DNA of 64,000 nt from Ginglymostoma cirratum (taxonomy: Eukaryota): assembly GCA_024137785.1 (NCBI GenBank), contig JAHRHZ010000088.1, positions 9,382,064 to 9,446,063 on the forward strand. The letters run 5' to 3'. Numbering within the stretch: position 1 is the first letter of the stretch; the number at the start of each line of letters is the position of its first letter. The notes under the pieces are model-generated. The model had not been told where the DNA came from, searched no databases, and saw only the letters and a list, made by a program, of their open reading frames with translations. The position numbers and the translations under genes were made by a program. Shown in pieces: positions 13,020 to 25,124 of this stretch.

Positions 13020-15320
13020 CAATTGCATATGCATAGATCCTTGAAGGCAACAGGACAAGTGGCTAGGGTGGTTAAGAATGCATATGGGATACTTGCCTAT
13101 ATTAGTCGAGGCATTGAATACAAGAGTAGGGAGTTTATGTATGATTTTGGTTCGGTTGCTGTGCAACTCTGCTGACCACAGTATAGGAAAGATATGATTT
13201 GCATTGGGGAGGATGCAGGAGCGATTCACCAGGATGTTGCCTGGGCTGGACTGTTTCAGCTATGGGGAGAGACTGCATTGGCTAGGGTTGCTTTCCTTGC
13301 AGTAGAGATGTCAGGGGTGGGGAACCTCACTGAGATCTACAAAATCTAGGGCCATAGATAGGATCAATAGGAATAAATGTTTCCCCTTATTGAGAGGTAA
13401 ACTAGCAGGCAGCATAGATTTAAAGTAAGGGGCAGGCATCTGTCATTGGGAAAATATTAAAATCTATTATAAAGAATGTAATTGCAGAGCATTTAGAAAA
13501 ATATAATAACATCAAGCAGACTCGGCATGGCTTCCTGAAGGAAAAGTCATGTCTGACAAATTTATTAGTTCTTTGAGGAGGTAACAAACAGGGTAAACTA
13601 AAGATGTAATATGTTTGGATATCCAGAAGGCATTTGATAAGTTACCATACATTAGACTATCTAATAAGATAAGAGTCCCTGATATTGGAGGTAATATAGT
13701 AGTGGGGATAGAGGATCGGCTAACTACTAGGAGACAGAGAGTTGAGGTAATGGGGTCACTTTCAGAATGGTGATCTGTAACTAGTGGAGTGCCACAAGGA
13801 TCAGTGCTGAGACCACAGTTATTTACAATATATGATAGTGTCTCGGATAACAAATGGATGTATAATTGAAGTTTGTGCATGACACAAAATTAGTTGGGAA
13901 GGCAAGTGATGAAGATGACATAGAGTCTATAGAGGGATAAGGACAGGTTAAGTGAGTGGGCAAAAACTTTGCAGATGGAATTTAAGGTGGAAACATGTGG
14001 GATTATGCACTTTGGCCCAAAGAAAAGAAGAGCTGAATATTATTTAAATGGGGAGAAGGCACTGGGGGTCCTTGTGTATAAATCACACAAAATTTCGCAT
14101 CCAAGTTCAGCAGGTAACAGGGAAAGCAAATGGGCTGTTGGCCATTATTTTAAAGGGAATGGACCATAAAAGCAGGGAAGTCTTGCTGAAACTATACAAG
14201 GTGCCAGTCAGACTATAAGTGGCTTCCTTATTTAAGGAAAGATGTACTGGCATTGGAGGCAGTCCAGAGTAGCTTCATTAAGTTGATTCAGGAAACGGAA
14301 AGATTTTCTTATGAAAAAACTTTGAGAAGGTTGAGTTTTTACACAGTGGAGTTTAGAAGAATGAGAGGAGACCTTATTAAAAGATAGAAGATTCTTAGGG
14401 CTTGACAGGATAGATGTGGAAGGTTCTACGCTTTGTAGGAGAGTCTAGGACCAGAAGGCATAATCTCAGAGTAAGGAATCACCCATTTAAGACAGAGATG
14501 AATTAGCATCCCTACAGTGTGGAAACAGGCTCTTCGGCCCAACAAGTCCTCACCGAACCTCAGAGTATCCCAACCACACCCGTCCCCTTGTAACCCACCT
14601 AATCTACACAACCCTGAACTCTACGGGCAATTTAGCATGGCCAATCCACCTAACCTGCACATCTTTGGATTGTGGGAGGAAACCGGAGCACCCGGAGGAA
14701 ACCCACGCAGACACAGGGAGAATGTGCAAACACCACACAGACAGTCACCCGAGGCTGGAATTGAACCTGGGTCCCTGGCGCTGTGAGGCAGCAATGCTAA
14801 CCACTGAGCCACCGTGCCGAGGATTTTTTTTTCTCTGAGGGTAGTCAATCTATGGAATTCTTTACAGCAATGGAAGCTGAGGCTAGTTCGGTAAGTATAT
14901 TCAAGACTGAAAAGACAGATTTTTAATCAGCATGGGAATCAAGGGTTTATTGGGGATAAGGCAGCAAGACAGTTAAAAATTATCAGATCAGCCGTGATCT
15001 CTTTGAATGGCAGAGCAGATTCAATAGCCTAAATGGCCTATTTCTGTTTCCACATCTTTTAATTTAGAGGGGTTTTAAGGAGAATTTTTTTCACCCAGTG
15101 TGTGGTAGGTTTCTGGAAATCGCTACTTGAAAGGATGGTAGAGGTGAGAACCATTATAATGTTTAAGAAATATTTTGAAAACCTTGTGATTCTATTGGCA
15201 TTTCAATTGTTTATGGGCTAAAAACTGGGAAATGGGATTAGAATAGATAATGCGTGATGACTGGCATGGACACCATGGCCAAGGGGACTCGTTACATTCT
15301 GTATTACTCTGTTACTCTAT
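13020..15320 (+). mobile_element. Nested CR1 3' regions (outer ~13020-13436 plus 15060-15320; inner ~13440-15058)
   Basis: RT C-terminal motifs (QKAFDKLPY, SGVPQGSVLRP, WQMEFKVETC) and two separate CR1 3' tails; the outer element resumes in register after the inner one. Confidence 0.85.
14504..14818 (-). mobile_element. HE1-type tRNA-derived V-SINE, near full length
   Basis: The reverse complement begins GGCACGGTGGCTCAGTGGTTAGC (A box) ... GGTTCAATTCC (B box), with V-domain TGTGTGGTGTTTGCACATTCTCCC and a CR1-like tail. Confidence 0.9.
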
Positions 15321-15569
15321 GAATTTCTTCTTAGATTATTGTGGATTTTCTTAGTTGCTGGGATGGAAGTTGTCACAGCTGTCAAATGTGAACAGAATTG
15401 ACAGAGCATATTGTTGGATATGAGATGTAAGCTCTTAGTAAATTCTGTTGGCAAGTTTTTGGGACTAAAGATCAGCTAGCTGTGCATAAATATTATAATA
15501 TAATGTGACATTGTGTTGATATAGCTTGGCAGAGTATGCACGCCACTGAGTGGCCTCTTCACTCATGTT

Positions 15570-17490
15570 TGGATGAGATCAACTTTCATTCTTCTGAATT
15601 CCAGAGAGTAGAGGGCCAACTTATTTAGCCTGTCTTCATATGGCAGTGCTCCCATCTCAATCCAGTGAACCTTTACTGTACTGCTTTTAGGACAAGTATA
15701 TCCTTCCTTAGATATAGAGACCTAATTTTTGCACAGTGCACCAGGTGAACTCTCACCAAAATTCTGCACAATTGTATCAAGTTGTCCTTACTCCTACGCT
15801 CTAGTCTCTTTGCAATAAACACCAACATGTCATTTGCGTTCCTGATTCCTTATGTACCCACATGATAATGTTCTGTGCTCCTTATACGAGTACACCCAAG
15901 TCTCTCTGAACATCAGCATTTACAAAGATTCAAGCCTTTTTAAAAAAGCCTTTCTTTTCCCATTCTTAACAACAAGCTAAATATTTTCTACTTACTCAGA
16001 TTATGTTTGTTGCGCTGCCACTTAACCTGTCTGTATCTCTTTGTGGTGGCTTTGTGTCCTCCTCATAGCTTATATTCATACCTAGCTTTGTGTTATCAGC
16101 AAACCTAGGTGCATTACTCTCTGTCTCTTTGTCCACGTTATTAACTCACATTGTAAAAACCTGAGGCTCCAGCATTGAATCTTCCAGCACATCACTTATC
16201 ACATGTGTCAACGTGAAATTTCCTCTACTCTAACTGATTCTTGTCCATCAGCCAGCCTCCTGTTCATGCAAATATATTGCCTGTGTAGCTTGTGAATTAT
16301 TCTTTTATCCTTATCAAATGCCTTTTGAAATCCAAACAGTACCTTTTATCTCTGATACCATATCCATCTGTTTTCTGTAATCAATTAATTGGATCCTCAC
16401 AAAACTCCAATAAAATTGTCAAACACATTGCACCTTCATAAAAACGTTGACTTCGTCTCAGTGTTCTGTGATTTTCTAAGTGTATTGTTAAGAATTCTTT
16501 ATAAATATATTCCAGTACTTTCCCAACAACTGATGTCAGGTTAACTGGCCCGTACGGTTTACTCCCTTCTATCTTTCTTGAGTATTGGTGTTCCATTTGT
16601 TAACACTCTCAATCTGCTCAAGCCATTCTAGAATCGGAGGATTTTGGATTGCCATAGCCAGTGCATTATTACTTCAGCTGTCTTTTTCAGAACACTAGGA
16701 AGTAGACCCTCACATCCTGGAAACTTGTCGAATTTTGGTGCATGATATTTCTCAAATACTTTTTCTCCATTGATATTAATTATTTTAAGTTCCTCAATCT
16801 CATTAGCCATTGGTTACCCTCCATTTTTGATATGTAACTTGTGTCTTCTGCTGTGATGAAAATATTTGGTCAATGTCTCAGCTATTTCATCATTCCCCAC
16901 AATAAATTCTCCTGCCATTGCTTCTAATGAACTAATATTTACTTTAGCCACAGCCTTTTTTGCATTAAATTGTTGATTCGTAATTTTTTTTCATTTTTAT
17001 TGATTTTTTGATCAATTTGCTGGTTTCTAAATACTCCTAATTGTCATGCTTATTAGCATTCTTTGCAGAATTGTATGTCACATCCATTCTTGAATGCAAG
17101 GACTAAAACTGTTTACCAGGTGCAGCCTCACCAACAGTTGTAAACTCTTATCTTCTAGCAATAAAGGCCAAAGCTTCATTTGTCGTCTTAATTACTTGCT
17201 TTCACCTGCATGCGATGTTTTGTGTTTCATGCCTAACAACTCTCAGATCCCTCTGTGCTACACATTTTTGCAGTCTATCTCCATTGAAATAAAAATGTGT
17301 CTTTTGATTCTTTCTACAGAAGTGCATGATGTCATTCTTTCTAACATTAAGCTCCATCTGCCAAGTTTCTGCCCACTCACCTAATCTATCCCTAGACTCT
17401 TGCAGATTCCTTATGTTTTTATGACAACAGGCTCTCCCACTTATTTTTGTACCATCAGCAAATTTGTATGTCTCTGTCCCCCTTTCAAGT
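15570..17490 (-). mobile_element. Degenerate CR1 ORF2 fragments
   Basis: ORFs 16381-16596 (YGPVNLTSVVGKVLE...CLTILLEF) and 16628-16810 (DKFPGCEGLLPSVLK). Confidence 0.8.
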
Positions 17491-17494
17491 CAAC

Positions 17495-18190
17495 ATGGCA
17501 GTGTCAACATGGATCCATGAAAAGGAAGTCAGGAGTTTTTTGAAGATATTGCTAGCACGGCAGATAAGGAGAAATCAGCGACTGAGTATATTTGGATTTT
17601 CAGAAGGCTTTTGATAAGGTCTGCACAGCAGCTTAGTAAACAAAAGCAGAATCATGGGATTTGGACTAGTATTCTGCAATGGATCAAGGTTTGGTTAATA
17701 AATTTGGTTAATAAAGTTATTCTCACCTTGGCAGGCTGTGGACATTGCGAATGATCCTTGTGGTATCCCAACCTATGTCAATGATTTGGATGTGGGGGCC
17801 AGTTGTAGTATTTCCAGGTTTATGGATGACACAAAGCTAGGTTGGAGGAGGAAATGTGAGGATGGTACAAAAGGCTTCAAGGGGATTTATACAGGCTGTG
17901 AGTGGGTAGGAACATGATAAATGGAAAATAACACAAGTGTGAGGTTATCCACTTTTGGTAGAAGGAACAGAAAAGCAGTTTATTTCTTAAATAGTGAGAA
18001 ATCGGAAAGTGTTTATGTCCAAAGGTACTTGGGTGTCCATGGACACAAGTCACTCAAATCTAATGTGCAGGTGCTGCAGGTAATTGGGAAGGCATAAGGT
18101 ATGTCGACATTTATTGAAAGAGGATTTGAGTACAGCAGTAAAGAAGTCTTCCTCCAATTGTTTAAAACCTTGATGAGACCGCATCTAGAG
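17495..18190 (+). mobile_element. CR1 RT fragment
   Basis: YLDFQKAFDKV (~17588), NDLDVG, FMDDTKLG. Confidence 0.8.
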
Positions 18191-18550
18191 TCAGAGAGTT
18201 ATACAGCACAGAAACAGACCCGGTGGCCTAACTAACCCATGCTGAACATAATCCCAAACTAAACTAGTCCCACCTGCCTGCTCCTGGCTCACATCCCTCC
18301 AAACCTTTCTTATTCATGTATCCACCCAAATGTCTTTTAAACATTGTAATTGCACCTGCATGTTCAACATTCTCAGGAAGTTCATTCCACATGCAAACCA
18401 CCCTCTGTGTAAAAAATTTACCCTCTGTGTAAAACATTTACCTCCTTTTTTTTAAATCTCTCTCCTCTCATTTTAAAAATGTGCCCCCTTGATGTGAAAT
18501 TACCCATTTTAGGGAAAAGACAACTATCATCAACTGTATCTATACTTCTA
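18190..18550 (-). mobile_element. CR1 3' end
   Basis: Reverse-complement tail similar to 46850-47108 and 43668-44090. Confidence 0.75.
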
Positions 18551-18589
18551 TATAAATGCAGTTTAGTTCCTCAGAGTTACTACATACTC

Positions 18590-19400
18590 TGACTCTCCTC
18601 ATTCCTTTCTAATTGATGTGCTCTCCTCACATTCAGAACCTACCCATCAATCCTTCCATTTACACTGGTGCTTAGAATTCCTCCACATGTCTTCTGTATC
18701 AGTATAAAGTTTTCCTTAATACAATGAGCAAATCTCCCTACTAAGATATTGGTCCCTTTCCAGTCTAGGTTAGACCGATCCTTTTCGAGCAGAAGACATA
18801 CCAATTGGTCAAAAACCTGAATCCTTGAACAATACACCAGCTCTTCAGCCATTGATTTACCTCCTTTAACCTTTTGTTCCTTCCCTCGTTTGAGATTGGC
18901 ATTGGAAGTAAACCAGAAATTACTACTTCTAAAGTTTTATTGTTTAATCTTCTACCTAGCCTCTTAAATTTACTCTGTACTGCTTTAATCTTTTCACCAA
19001 AAATATCATTCCTACCAATGTGGACAATAATTTCTGGCTTCTCAATCTCACCTTTTAACAGTATGCTAGAAATGTTTAGAAACATCCTTAATCCTAGCAC
19101 CAGAAAAGCAACAAACCATCCTAAATTTATGTTCACTGCCACAGAATCTCCTGTCGATGACCTGACAGGAGCGTCCCCTGTAACAAGCCGCTGCCTGACA
19201 TAAGAATCGTTCCAACTGACCGGCCCTTCCATTTTCCTCAGATACTATCCCCTTCAACTGTTCCAAAAACTGAATATCCTTTTAAAAGAGGAATAGCCAC
19301 TGGAGACTTTTGAACTACCTTTTTATCTTTTCTGACAGTCACCCTGACTGATCCTGCTGGGTAATAATTCTTCCAAATCTACTAGCCAGCGCACTCTGTA
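18590..19400 (-). mobile_element. CR1 ORF1 relic with SGNH/GDSL esterase-like domain
   Basis: LVTGDAPVR / DRRFCG..VCCFSGARIKDV / PEIIVHIGRNDI / VVISGLLP / NQWLKSWC..QGFRFL in ORFs 18765-19266. Confidence 0.85.
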
Positions 19401-20234
19401 CCTTATATATGACCTTAATAACATTAAACCTAAAAAAAAGGATGTTTCAGTAGCACCTTATATATAAAATAAAAAACTGAAGTTTTTAAATAAGAAGTTG
19501 CATTTTCATTCTGGAAAGTCCTGCACGTGGTCAGCTCCAGAGAATTTTTTTTTCAAAGAAACCTTTGCAATGTTTAATAAAATGCCCTCGATAATACATA
19601 CAGATTTTTTTTCAATTTCTGATTTAAGAATTGGGGAAAAAAACCTCTGCCATTCACTGTAGACCCTTAAAAAAAGTTCAAAAAAAGACCATTTGAAAAA
19701 AAAAGATTTTTTTTGTTTAGTTTTTTTTTGAATGTTAATAAAACAAATTGGAAAAGAATCTTATTTTAGTAAACTAAAATTACTATGATAACAAAAAACT
19801 GCAATAAATCTTTAACTAAGCCTGCAATCTAAAAACAGCTGCAAGTTCCACACTGCTCCTTCTGTGCAGACTCAATATCTTGCACACCATTGCCTGCTGT
19901 ATGAGAGTTATGAATCATAATAACTAAAGCATTGTGTGTAAGGAGAGATATATTTGCCATTTATGATGTGCAATGAAGGTTCACCAGACTGATTCCTGAA
20001 TGGCAGGATTGTCTTATGATGAGAGATTGAAGAGACTGGGACTGTATTCTCTGGCAGTGAAGAATCGGAGGTAATTTCATTGAAACTTACAAAACTGGAT
20101 CAAACTCAGGAATAAGAAAGGTGCAGTCAATGTGATGGTGTTATGATGTAGGCCTCCCAATAGACAGTGGCAGATGGAGGAACAAATATGTAGGCAGATC
20201 ATGGAAAGATGCAAAAACAGCAGAATTATTGTAG

Positions 20235-20341
20235 ACAACAAGGTGCAGAGCTGGATGAACACAGCAGGCCAAGCAGCAACAGAGGAGCAGGAAAGCCGAC
20301 GCCTCGGGCCTAGACCCTTCCCCAGAAATTATTCCCCAAAG
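20235..20341 (-). mobile_element. Penelope-type element with mutated hammerhead core; 9-bp TSD TTATTGTAG (20226-20234 / 20342-20350)
   Basis: The reverse complement reads CTGGGAAGGGTCTAGGCCCGAGGCGTC, compared with intact CTGAAGAAGGGT....ACCCGAAACGTC. Confidence 0.75.
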
Positions 20342-22390
20342 TTATTGTAGTTGGTGATTTTAACTTCCCCAATTTTGAGTGGGACACCCTTAGTGCTAGG
20401 AGGTGAGATGGGGCATAATTTGTTCAGTGCTTCCAGTAGGGTTTCTTGAAACAAATTGTACGTAGTCTAACTAGGGAAGCAGCCGTACTAGACCTTGTAC
20501 TAGGGAATGAGCCTGGCCAGCTGATTGAAGTTTCAATGGGGGAATGTTTTTGAAATAGCAATCATATTCCATAGGTTTTAAGATAGTTATAGATAAGGAT
20601 AAGACCGTTCCTCAGATGAAAGTTCTAAATTAGGGAAAGGCTAATTACAACAGTATAAGGCAGGAACTGGAGAAATTGGATTTGGGCTAGCTGTTTGACA
20701 GTAAATCCACATCTGATATGTGGGAGTCTTTGAAAGGCCAGTTGATCAGAGTTCAGTACCAGGACGTTCATGTGAGGATGAAGGATAATGAGGGCAAGGT
20801 TTGGGAAGGCTGGATGACAAGAAATATTGAAAGTTGAGTCAAAAAGAAATAGGAAGCATATGTAAAGTTTAGACAACTCAAATCAGACGAGGCCCTTGAA
20901 GAATATACAGAAAGCAGGAAAGAACTTATGCAATGAATTAAGAGGGCTAAAAGGGCCCATGAAATGTCTTTGGCAAATAGAATCTCAAGGCAGATAATAC
21001 ATATATTAGGTGTAAGAGGGTAGCTAGGGAATGGGTTGGTCCACTCAAGGACAGAGGAGGGAATTTATGCATGGAGCCAGAGGAATTGAGTGAAGTTCAT
21101 CATGAGTAATTTGCGTCAGCATTCACCAAAGAGAAGGAACGGCTGTTGGTAAAAATTAGGGAGGGGTATTTTGATAATCTAGGTCATGTTGGTATTAAGA
21201 AAGAGGTGGTGTTGGGTGTCTTGAAAAATAATAAGGTGGATAGGTCCCCATGTCCCGATGGGATCTATCCCAGGACTGAAAGAAGCAAGAGGGGAGATTG
21301 CTGGGGCCTTCACAGAGATCTTTGCATCCTCTTTAGCAACAGGTGACATTCCAGCAGACTGGAGAATAGCCAATGTTGATGCTTTGTATAAGAAGGGATA
21401 ACCCTGGAAATTATAGGCAGGTGAGCCTTACGTCATTGGTAGGGAAATTATTGGAGAAGATTCTTAGGGACAGGATTTAATCACATATGGAGAAGGATGG
21501 ACTTAGTAGGGATAGCCAGCTTTGTGCAGGGGAGCTCTTGTCTAGCAAATTTGATGAAGATTATTGATGAGGGTAGGGCAGTGGATGTTGCCTACATGGA
21601 TTATACTAAAGCAGTTGACAAGGTCACTCATAATAGGCTCTTCCAGAAGATTAAGTTATATGGGATCGACAGTGAGTGGTAAATTGGATGCAAAATTGTC
21701 TTGGTCATGGAAAGCAGAGCGCAGTTACAGAGGGGATTGTTTCTGACTGAAGGTCTGTGATCATTGGTGTTCACAAGGATCAATGTTGGGACACCAGTTG
21801 TTCGTAATGTGGATAAATGATTTAGATGAACATGTAGTAGTCTGATTAGTAAGTTTGTAGCCAACATGAAAATTGGTGAAGTTGTGTTAGTGATGAAGGC
21901 TGTCATACAGCAGGATGTAGATCAGTGGAAAGTTGGCTGGAGAAATGGCAGATAGAATTTAATCTGGACGAAGTGTGAGCATTTTGGGAGGCCAATTCAA
22001 GAGCAAAGTATAGAGTAAATGGCAGGATCATTAGGAGCATTGATTTACAGAAGGATTTTGGGGTGTAAGTGGCAACACAAGTGGAAAAGGTGGCAAAGAA
22101 GGCATTTGGCATGCTTGTGGTATACCTCTTTTGCACCCTCTCCAAAGCCTCCACAACATTTTTATAGTGTGGCAACCAGAACTGCACACAATACTCCAAA
22201 CGTGGCCTAACTAAAGTTTTATACAGCTGCAACATGACTTGCCAACTTTATACTCAATGCCCTGATTGAAGGAGGGAAGCATGTGTTGCGACTTACACCC
22301 CAAAATCCTTCTGTAAATCAATGCTCCTAATGATCCTGACATTTACTGTATACTTTCCTCTTGAAGTGTATGAGGTATAAGGAGAGGTTG

Positions 22391-22712
22391 GGGCGGCACG
22401 GTGGCACAGTGGTTAACACTGCTGCCTCACAGCACCGGGGACCTGGGTTTGATTCCACCCTTGGGTGACTGTCTGTGTGGAGTTTGCACACTCTCCCCAT
22501 GTCTGCGTGGGTTTCCTCCGGATGCTCCGGTTTCCTCCCACAGTCCAAAGATGTGCAGGTTAGGTTGTTTGGCCGTACTAAATTGCCCGTAGTGTTCAGG
22601 GAGGTGTAGATTAGGTGTGTCATAGGGGGATGGGTCTGGGTGGGATGCTCTGAGATTCGGTGTGAACTTGTTGGGCCGAAGGGCCTGTTTCCACACTGTA
22701 GGGATTCTATGA
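22391..22712 (+). mobile_element. HE1-type V-SINE, full length
   Basis: GGGCGGCACGGTGGCACAGTGGTT...GGGTTTGATTCC...V-domain...GGGCCGAAGGGCCTGTTTCCACACTGTAGGGATTCTATGA. Confidence 0.92.
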
Positions 22713-24644
22713 AAAGCATGGACTGTTATCTCCACAGCTTTGGAGACTGAGAGGCAATCTGATAGAAGCATATAAAATTATAAGAGACATTGATAGGATT
22801 GATAGTTTGAGTCTTTTCCCCCCTGTGGGGAAATGTGAAATAGATGGTGGCGTAGGTTTAAGGTGAGAGGGGAAAAGTTTAAAGGAGATGTCTGGGGCAA
22901 GTGTTTTACACAGAGGTTGGTAGGTGCCTGGAACACACTGCCAGGGGATGTGGTAGAAGCAGATATGATAGCAACGTTCAAGAGGCATTTAGACAGACAC
23001 ATAAACAGCAGGGAATAGAGACATATAGACAATGTGCAGGCAGATGGAATTAGTTTAAAATGGCATCATGGTCAGTGCAGACATGGTGGGCCGAAGGGTC
23101 TGTTCCTGTTCTATACTGATCAATGCTACATGTTCCATGTTCTGTACTAGACTGGGTGCATGCATAAAAGGATATTTTTTCTGACTCTGATGTCTAGAAC
23201 CAGGGGACAATCTCAGAAAAAGATGCAAGCCTATTAGGACTGTGCGGACATGAAATTTGTTCACTCAGTCGATTGTGAACCTTTTGAATTCTGTAATCTA
23301 GAGGGCTGTGGAAACTCAGCCATTCAGTATATTTGAGACCGTGATTGATGGATTGCTAATGATATAAACAGATATGGGCAAAAGTCTTTCTTTTTGCCTT
23401 AAAGCGATAAACACTGCTCCCAGTATTGTGTTGCAACAAGTTAGCAATATGGTCTTGGCCAGGGCTCCCCACTGACATTTTAGCTGTGGGAAGTCTAACA
23501 TCAGTCCAGAGTTGCAGAGGATATACCAAAAGAACTGAGGGAGTTGACCTCACATAATCAAAAATATTTGGTGATTTACAGAAGGATTTTGGGTGTAAGT
23601 GGCATACAAAATATTATTTACAATTTTGAATGTAAAACTTGCAAAACTTATGAGCTGAAATTCTTTTTTGTTAAAATTCCCTAAGACATTTTATGCCTGA
23701 GTTATCAATTTTGACTGAACATCACCCAAAGTTTGCAGTTGTGGTTCAAAGAGACAAACCTTCTCATAGAGTCATAGAACATGTAATACAGCATGGAAAC
23801 AGGCCCTTTGGCCCAAACTGGTCCATGCTGATCATGGTGCCCACTCAGCTAGTTCCAATTGCCCGCATTTGGTCTGTACCCCTGTAAATCTTTCCCATCC
23901 ATGTACATATCCAAATGTTTTTCAAATGTTGGTATTATACCTGCCTCAACCATTTTCTGTAGCAGCCCATTTCATATACGCACTACTCTCTGTGTGAAGG
24001 TGTTGCCCCTCAGGTCCTTCTAAAATCTATCCCCTCTCACCTTAAACCTATGCCCTCTAGTTTTCAGTTTCCCTATCCCTGTGAAAAAGACTATATGCAT
24101 TCATCTTGTGCATGCCCCTCATGATTTTATGTACCTCAATAAGGTAACCCCTCATTCTTCTGCATTCCAAAGAATAAAGTCCTATCCTGGCAAACCTCTC
24201 CCCATAACTCAGGCCTACCAGTCCCAGCAACATCCTCATAAATCTTCTTTGCACATTTTCCAGTTTAACTATGTCTTTCCTATAACAGGGTGACCAAAAC
24301 TGTACACAATATTCCAAGTGCGGCCTCACCAATGACTTATATAACTATAATATAATGTCCCAACTCCTATAGTCAATGCATCAACTGATGAAGGCCAGCA
24401 TGCCAAATGCCTTCACCATCCTGTCCACCTGTGACACTGCTTTCAATGAGCTATGTACTTGTACTCCTAGGTCCCTCTATTCGACAACACTCCTCAGGAC
24501 CTTACCATTTACTACATAAGTCTGTCTTGGTTTGACTTTCCAAAGTGCAACACCTCACACTTATCTGTATTGAATTGCATTTTGGCAATCCTCAGCCCAC
24601 TTCCCCATCTGATCAAGATCCCTCTGTAATTTTTGATAATCTTC

Positions 24645-24786
24645 GGGAATTTTCAGGAAAGATTTTCTGAAGAAGGGTCCCAACCCGAAACGTCAGCTTT
24701 CCTGCTGCTCTGATGCTGCCTGGCCTGCTGTGTTCCTCCAGCTGCACACTGTGTTATCTCTGACTCCAGCATCGGCAGTTCTTCTC
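24645..24786 (+). mobile_element. Penelope-type short element carrying an intact hammerhead core
   Basis: Same family as the other copies; inserted into a minus-strand CR1. Confidence 0.8.
24654..24704 (+). ncRNA. Minimal type I hammerhead ribozyme motif (predicted cleavage after GUC at 24694)
   Basis: CUGAAGA (24667-73), A, stem II GGGU/ACCC with CCCA loop, GAAA (24687-90), palindromic ACGU, C. CAGGAAAG (24654-61) is complementary to CUUUCCUG (24697-704). Confidence 0.65.
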
Positions 24787-25124
24787 CCTGGATCTAACTC
24801 TCATAACTAGCCTGTCATGCGGGACCTTGTCAAAGGCCTTACTAAAGTAGCTCCGTTTTCTTTTTTGTCGCTTTGACCATGCCCCACAAAATTGAATACC
24901 TTTAACATGGAACACTTCTAACACCAAGTAAAAGAGGAATATCTGTTATTGGCAGGTACAAATTGATATGGGTGCAATGTCCCGTTGACTTTGATTTTCT
25001 TTCAGACTTACTACCTCCTCGTTAATTATGTTTTATGAGAGAGAATTTCCAAGCAAGTTATTCCTTTGTCCATCTACAAATCTCTTATCAAGCTTGCTAA
25101 AATTCCTATTACTGTCATTTAAAA

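Larger units (their letters stand above)
19940..23360 (+). mobile_element. CR1 ORF2 (~20100-23120, endonuclease to 3' tail) nested in an older CR1 3' fragment; contains an internal inversion and SINE/Penelope insertions
   Basis: VVGDFNFP, PCPDGIYPR, VDVAYMDYTKAVDKVTH; 3' tail GGGCCGAAGGGTCTGTTCCTGTTCTATAC; outer pieces at 19940-20098 and 23135-23360. Confidence 0.85.
23765..24845 (-). mobile_element. CR1 3' region
   Basis: ORF 24057-24332 reads VRPHLEYCVQFWSPCYRKDIVKLENVQRRFMRML...SLECRRMRG. Confidence 0.9.

Noticed and set aside
14426-14848. ORFs such as GTVAQWLALLPHSARDPGSIP (also 22327-22771 and 27823-28063)
   Set aside because: Translations of HE1-type SINEs, not genes.
18401-18442. 20-bp tandem duplication (also 17690-17715)
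   Set aside because: Ordinary slippage duplications within dead CR1 copies.
18765-19232. 155-aa ORF resembling a GDSL/SGNH esterase
   Set aside because: Frameshifted CR1 ORF1 relic; an esterase domain in CR1 ORF1 is already known, and there is no sign of domestication.
19420-19810. A/T-tract-rich stretch
   Set aside because: Low-complexity sequence next to a CR1 5' region; no periodicity or structure I can support.
22391-22460. tRNA-like sequences with A and B boxes (also 36712, 58985, 170-237)
   Set aside because: SINE heads that continue into SINE body; no complete cloverleaf was identified.
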